This document shows, piece by piece, positions 59,690-64,000 of a stretch of 64,000 bases of DNA. The notes beneath the pieces are model-generated. The model was not told the DNA's origin and did not search any database. It saw nothing but the letters and a program-made list of their open reading frames with translations. How positions within the stretch are numbered: the stretch's first letter is position 1; every line of letters begins with the position of its first letter. This DNA comes from an uncultured Gammaproteobacteria bacterium (GTDB lineage: Bacteria > Pseudomonadota > Gammaproteobacteria > Magnimaribacterales > D2472). The position numbers were made by a program, and so were the translations under genes. Where the stretch lies: positions 35,471 through 99,470 of the forward strand of contig CAZFYG010000003.1 of assembly GCA_964523375.1 (NCBI GenBank). The letters are read 5' to 3'.

Positions 59690-60288
59690 TATTTATTTAT
59701 CACATCAATGAAATCAGATACTTCTGCTTGAAGGTTGATTAATAGATGTGAGATCTTTTGCTCAAAATACTTATGCATTACAAGACCTGGTACAGCTATA
59801 AAAAGACCAAAAGCTGTTGTTATGAGCGCCTGTGAGATTCCTTCAGCTAATACATCTGGATTTGCACCCGTTACTTCAGATAATCCAGTAAAGGCAGTAA
59901 TCATACCTACCACTGTTCCCAAAAGCCCCAATAGAGGGCTAATTGTAGCCAGAGTTCCTAGCATTGTTAAATTTCTATCAAGGAGATGTTTAACCTCGGA
60001 GGCTTTCTCTTCTATCTTAGATTCGAGGTTTTCTCTTTGAAGATCTTTATATTTAATACAATTTATCAACAAATATCCCAAAGATGAAAGCTGTGAAATT
60101 TCTTCAGATTGTCTCTGATTTAAAAGGTTTTTATTATAAAGATTAATAATTTGATTTTTTAGACCATGAGGAGAAACAAGTCTCAGCTGAAGAAACCACA
60201 ATCTTTCAATAGATATTGAAATAATTAATACTGAGCAGGCTAAAAGTGGCCACATAAAGGCACCACCAGCAATAATAAATTCACTCAT
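59689..60288 (-). CDS. exbB: MotA/TolQ/ExbB proton channel protein
   Basis: SPLLGLLGTVVGMI, GISQALITTAFGL. Confidence 0.88.
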   Translation of the reverse strand: MSEFIIAGGAFMWPLLACSVLIISISIERLWFLQLRLVSPHGLKNQIINLYNKNLLNQRQSEEISQLSSLGYLLINCIKYKDLQRENLESKIEEKASEVKHLLDRNLTMLGTLATISPLLGLLGTVVGMITAFTGLSEVTGANPDVLAEGISQALITTAFGLFIAVPGLVMHKYFEQKISHLLINLQAEVSDFIDVINK

Positions 60289-60956
60289 AATTCAATTAGC
60301 CCTCTATTATCTAAATAATATTTTCTATCTAAAATATTTACAAAATCATTATCATGAGTAGCAACAATTAATGCAACATCATTATTATTTGAGAGCTCTA
60401 GAACTAGGTTCTGTATGTTCAGTGCATTCTTTTTATCTAAATTTCCAGTTGGTTCGTCAAGAAATATATATTCTGGTTTATTAATCATAGCTCTAGCTAC
60501 CGCAACCCTTTGCTTTTCTCCTCCCGAGAGCTTCCAAGGTAAGTGATTTAACCTTTCGCTTAATCCAATAGATTTAGCTAAATCCCGCACTTTAATATCT
60601 AAATTTTGTAAATCGCCTTTTAATTTAAGAGGTAGAGCAATATTTTCATAGACTGTTAGATCTTCCAATAAATGATGATGCTGATAAACAAAACCAAAGT
60701 TGTTTAACCTTATTTTTGATTTTTGATTGGAAGTCAGATCATCCATAACCTCGTTGTTCAATTCAATTGAGCCCGATGACTGTTTATCTAATAGCGCAAG
60801 TAATTGAAGTAAGGTAGATTTACCAGATCCTGACTGACCTGATATAGCAACTGTATCACCTTTTTCCACTATTAAATTAAGGTTTTTTAGAACCTCAATT
60901 TCATACCCATCAATAGAATATGTTTTAGAAATATTTATAGCTTTTAAATTATTCAT
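60285..60956 (-). CDS. lolD: Lipoprotein-releasing ABC ATPase (start moved to ATG 60956)
   Basis: GQSGSGKST, GFVYQHHHLL, LSGGEKQR, DEPTGNLD. Confidence 0.92.
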   Translation of the reverse strand: MNNLKAINISKTYSIDGYEIEVLKNLNLIVEKGDTVAISGQSGSGKSTLLQLLALLDKQSSGSIELNNEVMDDLTSNQKSKIRLNNFGFVYQHHHLLEDLTVYENIALPLKLKGDLQNLDIKVRDLAKSIGLSERLNHLPWKLSGGEKQRVAVARAMINKPEYIFLDEPTGNLDKKNALNIQNLVLELSNNNDVALIVATHDNDFVNILDRKYYLDNRGLIEL

Positions 60957-62196
60957 GTCTAAGAATCTCAATAGGATCCAGCCTATTTACCCTGAGAGCT
61001 GGGATCAATGATGAAAATAGACTAAATATAAATGAAAGCAAGCATATAAAGAAAATTTGATTAAAATCTAAGTGATATGGAAAATAATTAATAAAATAAG
61101 CATCAAGCATGCCTCGAGCAGTTAATGACTCTAAGAAATTCACCAATGAATCTAAGTTAATTGTTATTAAAATACCAAAGAAAAGACCTGAAATAATACC
61201 TATAGAGCTTACAAGGATACCTTGATATACAAATATTTTTACCAACTGGCCATTATTTGCTCCAATTGTTTTAAGAATTCCAATCTCTCTCTCCTTGGAT
61301 TTTACAGTCATTATAATTGTAGAAAGAACAAGAATGGAGGCAACACCAATAATCAGAAATAGCATTAAACTTATTAATAATTTTTCAAATTTAATGGCCT
61401 CAAAAAGCGTTCCATGAGTTGTTTTCCAGGTTATTATCTCAAAAAAATTACCATTTAATAGATCGCCATCTATTGATTTAATAACATCTCTGGCAATAGT
61501 ATCAGCGCTAAATAAATCATCTGTTTTAATTCTTATTGATGAGGTTGTATTTTCACCTATCATCTTTATTTTTTGAGCAAGCTTGTGAGATATTAAAACA
61601 AGTGACTGGTCTAACTCTGATCTAAGCTCATACATACCTACAATTTTTACTTTTAAAGATTGAGGAAATGATCCTATGATTGTAGTTTTGATATCTGAGG
61701 TTGTGATATTCAAGGTATCGCCTATACCAACATCTAAATGAGCTGCAAGCCAAGTTCCAATAATGATTGAACTATCTTCTTTTAAATTATCTAGAGATCC
61801 TATAACCATATAGTCAGGGAGAATAGACATTGAAGGTTCAATGTCTTCATCAATACCAATAATACTTACACCTCGACCACCAGAACCTGAAGAAGCAAGA
61901 CCTTGAAGTTCTATATATGGGGATGAGCTTTTTATATTATCTAGTTTGTTTATATTGTCCACTAGCAACTGATAGTTATTAATTGTACTGTCTGATTTGA
62001 TTACAGCATGAGGAACTACACCAAGAATTCTATCCTGCAACTCTCTCTCAAAACCATTCATTACAGACATAACTATAATCAAGCTGCTAACACCAATAGA
62101 AAGGCCTAAAATTGCAAGAAATGAGGTAAATGAGAAGACCCCACCTCTATTAGATTTTAAATACCTAAAAGCTAGATTTAGTGAAAGCGAAGACAC
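60949..62196 (-). CDS. lolE: Lipoprotein-releasing ABC permease, LolC/LolE family (GTG start)
   Basis: SVMNGFERELQDRILG, KEREIGILKTIGA, four-TM MacB-type layout. Confidence 0.88.
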   Translation of the reverse strand: MSSLSLNLAFRYLKSNRGGVFSFTSFLAILGLSIGVSSLIIVMSVMNGFERELQDRILGVVPHAVIKSDSTINNYQLLVDNINKLDNIKSSSPYIELQGLASSGSGGRGVSIIGIDEDIEPSMSILPDYMVIGSLDNLKEDSSIIIGTWLAAHLDVGIGDTLNITTSDIKTTIIGSFPQSLKVKIVGMYELRSELDQSLVLISHKLAQKIKMIGENTTSSIRIKTDDLFSADTIARDVIKSIDGDLLNGNFFEIITWKTTHGTLFEAIKFEKLLISLMLFLIIGVASILVLSTIIMTVKSKEREIGILKTIGANNGQLVKIFVYQGILVSSIGIISGLFFGILITINLDSLVNFLESLTARGMLDAYFINYFPYHLDFNQIFFICLLSFIFSLFSSLIPALRVNRLDPIEILRHE

Positions 62197-62205
62197 GATT
62201 TATTG

Positions 62206-63639
62206 TTACTTAAGAATTTTTTTTATAAAATTTTCAAAACCTTCTTTATATGGCGGTCTAATCATTCCAAATGCTAAATTATCCATAAAGAAAGGGACAT
62301 CTTTGAAAACAGCTCGTGCATTTGAAAAGTTCTTAAACCCATCTTGAGAATGATATCTTCCCATGCCAGATGGTCCCACACCACCAAAAGGTAAATCCTG
62401 TTGTTGAATATGGCCAACTACGTTATTTATAGTTACGCCACCTGAGGACGTATTATCAAGAACATTAGATTGTTCATTTTTATCAGTACCAAAATAATAT
62501 AAACCCAATGGTCTATCTTTAGAGTTTATCGTATCAAGCGCCTCTTCAACATCTGTGTACTCAAGAACAGGTAAGATAGGCCCAAATATTTCCTCTTTCA
62601 TAACCCTCATATCATCTGAAGTGTCTGTAATAATCGTTGGAGGTATTTTAAAAAATTCCTGTTGACTAAAATCTTCATTTGATGGATTTATTTGATTGAT
62701 TGTCGCGCCCTTTTCTCTTGCATCATCTATCAGCCCATTAAGTCTATCAAAATGCCTTTCATTTATAATTGATGTGTAGTCATCATTGTTTTTAATATTA
62801 GGGTAATAATCAGCAACAGCTTTTTCAGCCTCGCTTATAAATTCGTCTTTTTTATCTTTGTGGACCATCACATAGTCAGGAGCAAGGCAGATTTGACCAG
62901 CATTCATAGTCTTGCCAAACATAACTCTTTTAGCAGATGCTTGTATATCTGCACTATTTCCAACTACAACAGGTGATTTTCCACCTAACTCAAGGGTAAC
63001 TGGTACAAGATTTTGAGCAGCAGCATTCATAACATGCTTTCCAACATTGCCACTACCTGTATAGAGAAGATGGTCAAAGTTAAGTTTTGAAAAAGCTTCT
63101 CCAGTTTCAGGGCCACCTAAAAATGTAGCAAATTCGTCTTGATCATAGGCCTTATCGCAAAGCTCTTTCATTAAAGCTGCTGTTTCTGGAGTTAATTCAC
63201 TTGGCTTATGCATTACTTGGTTACCTGCTGCAAATATTGATGCTAAAGGTCCAAATGCTAAGTTAACAGGAAAATTCCAAGGAGAAATCATACCAATTGT
63301 TCCTAAAGGCTCGTATCTAATATAAGATTTTGCACCAAATAAACTGAAAGGCATGTTCGAAGACCTTTTTTCATCTTTAGTCCATCTTTTAATATTTTTA
63401 ATTGCATTTGTTATTTCAGGCAAAACTGTATAAACGTCTGTCATTAATGATGCATTTTGAGATCTACTTCCAAAATCAGAGCTTAAAGCTTCTGTAAACG
63501 CATATCTATTCTCTACTAGCATTGAGGTAAGTCTATTCAGTCTATCGACTCTTAAATTAATTGATGGCGGGCCATCTTTGATAAACTTTTTCTTTTGAAG
63601 ATTCAAAACATCATTCATGTTTTCAAATGTGCTACTCAT
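62206..63639 (-). CDS. Coniferyl aldehyde dehydrogenase-like (ALDH3 family) aldehyde dehydrogenase
   Basis: SPWNFP, KPSE, TGSG, LELGGKSP (Glu), GQICLAPDY (Cys), EEIFGP. Confidence 0.88.
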   Translation of the reverse strand: MSSTFENMNDVLNLQKKKFIKDGPPSINLRVDRLNRLTSMLVENRYAFTEALSSDFGSRSQNASLMTDVYTVLPEITNAIKNIKRWTKDEKRSSNMPFSLFGAKSYIRYEPLGTIGMISPWNFPVNLAFGPLASIFAAGNQVMHKPSELTPETAALMKELCDKAYDQDEFATFLGGPETGEAFSKLNFDHLLYTGSGNVGKHVMNAAAQNLVPVTLELGGKSPVVVGNSADIQASAKRVMFGKTMNAGQICLAPDYVMVHKDKKDEFISEAEKAVADYYPNIKNNDDYTSIINERHFDRLNGLIDDAREKGATINQINPSNEDFSQQEFFKIPPTIITDTSDDMRVMKEEIFGPILPVLEYTDVEEALDTINSKDRPLGLYYFGTDKNEQSNVLDNTSSGGVTINNVVGHIQQQDLPFGGVGPSGMGRYHSQDGFKNFSNARAVFKDVPFFMDNLAFGMIRPPYKEGFENFIKKILK

Positions 63640-63650
63640 AATTTATACCT

Positions 63651-64000
63651 CTAAGCCCTATCAGCTTTATCTTTGTTATTAGAAGACCTTATCATAGCTC
63701 TCATTTGATCCCAATCTTCGTCACTTAATTTATCTAGATTGGAGAATGTTCCTCCTCCTGTTAAATATTGAGCTCCATCAATTGCTATTGTCTGTCCAGT
63801 TAAATAATCACAACCATCAGCCATCAGAAAGGTAGCTAAATTTTGTAATTCATTCATTTCTCCAACCCTTCCGAGAGGTATATTACCCATAGAGTTATCA
63901 TCACCGGCTCCAGGATTAAGTCTCTCCCATGCCCCCTTAGTTGGAAAAGGACCAGGAGCGATTGCATTGACCTTAATACCATACTTGCCCCACTCAGCTG
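63651..64000 (-). CDS. SDR oxidoreductase, 2,4-dienoyl-CoA reductase-like; 3' part only
   Basis: The frame continues past the track's Met to the window edge: AEWGKYGIKVNAIAPGPFPTKGAWERL...IPLGR...YLTGQTIAIDG. Confidence 0.85.
   Translation of the reverse strand, partial: AEWGKYGIKVNAIAPGPFPTKGAWERLNPGAGDDNSMGNIPLGRVGEMNELQNLATFLMADGCDYLTGQTIAIDGAQYLTGGGTFSNLDKLSDEDWDQMRAMIRSSNNKDKADRA

Noticed and set aside
539-59711. Numerous short antisense or overlapping ORFs in the track (e.g. 539-772, 1606-1863, 2724-3101, 11299-11628, 32174-32707, 40280-40828, 47360-48012, 59406-59711)
   Set aside because: They lie opposite or within well-supported genes, show no recognisable motifs and have shadow-frame composition.
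1-64000. rRNA, tRNA, CRISPR arrays, IS elements, tandem repeats
   Set aside because: No intergenic gap showed tRNA arms, repeat-spacer periodicity or terminal inverted repeats, and no transposase or integrase ORF is present; this was a visual check only.

Overview
AT-rich (roughly one-third GC, estimated by eye), densely packed chromosomal segment from a streamlined marine gammaproteobacterium. A SAR86-like origin is an inference from the Na+-NQR, lipid and peptide catabolic genes, TonB receptor and minimal intergenic DNA. Content in order: his operon with a TrpR-like leader gene (hisA cut by the window edge), trmA, nfuA, csiV-like, mfd, an acyl-CoA dehydrogenase pair, long-form gap, complete nqrABCDEF-apbE-nqrM, aceA, purB, mnmA, icd, clpS-clpA, infA, and a 28-bp dif site (29562-29589) marking the probable replication terminus. 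An accessory block follows: GlcG-like, CysK-like, M14 peptidase, orphan membrane protein, two tandem membrane-anchored TolB-like/TPR proteins, oligopeptidase B, a YeiH/NMO-like/sulfotransferase-like/class IV aminotransferase cluster, DUF1295, TonB receptor and ceramidase-like gene. The window ends with etfBA/ETF-QO, DUF885, and an envelope operon (lolE-lolD-exbB-exbD-msbA/lpxK-kdsB-murB-lysE-DUF1285-DUF2256) preceded by an aldehyde dehydrogenase and a partial SDR. Most notable: two in-frame fusions (HisD-HisB with hisC absent; MsbA-LpxK), three intergenic TGTAR-N5-YTACA (HexR/RccR-type) boxes at gap, aceA and etf, the dif site, and a 46-aa DUF2256 gene missed by the ORF track. No rRNA, tRNA, CRISPR, integrase or transposase was recognised.
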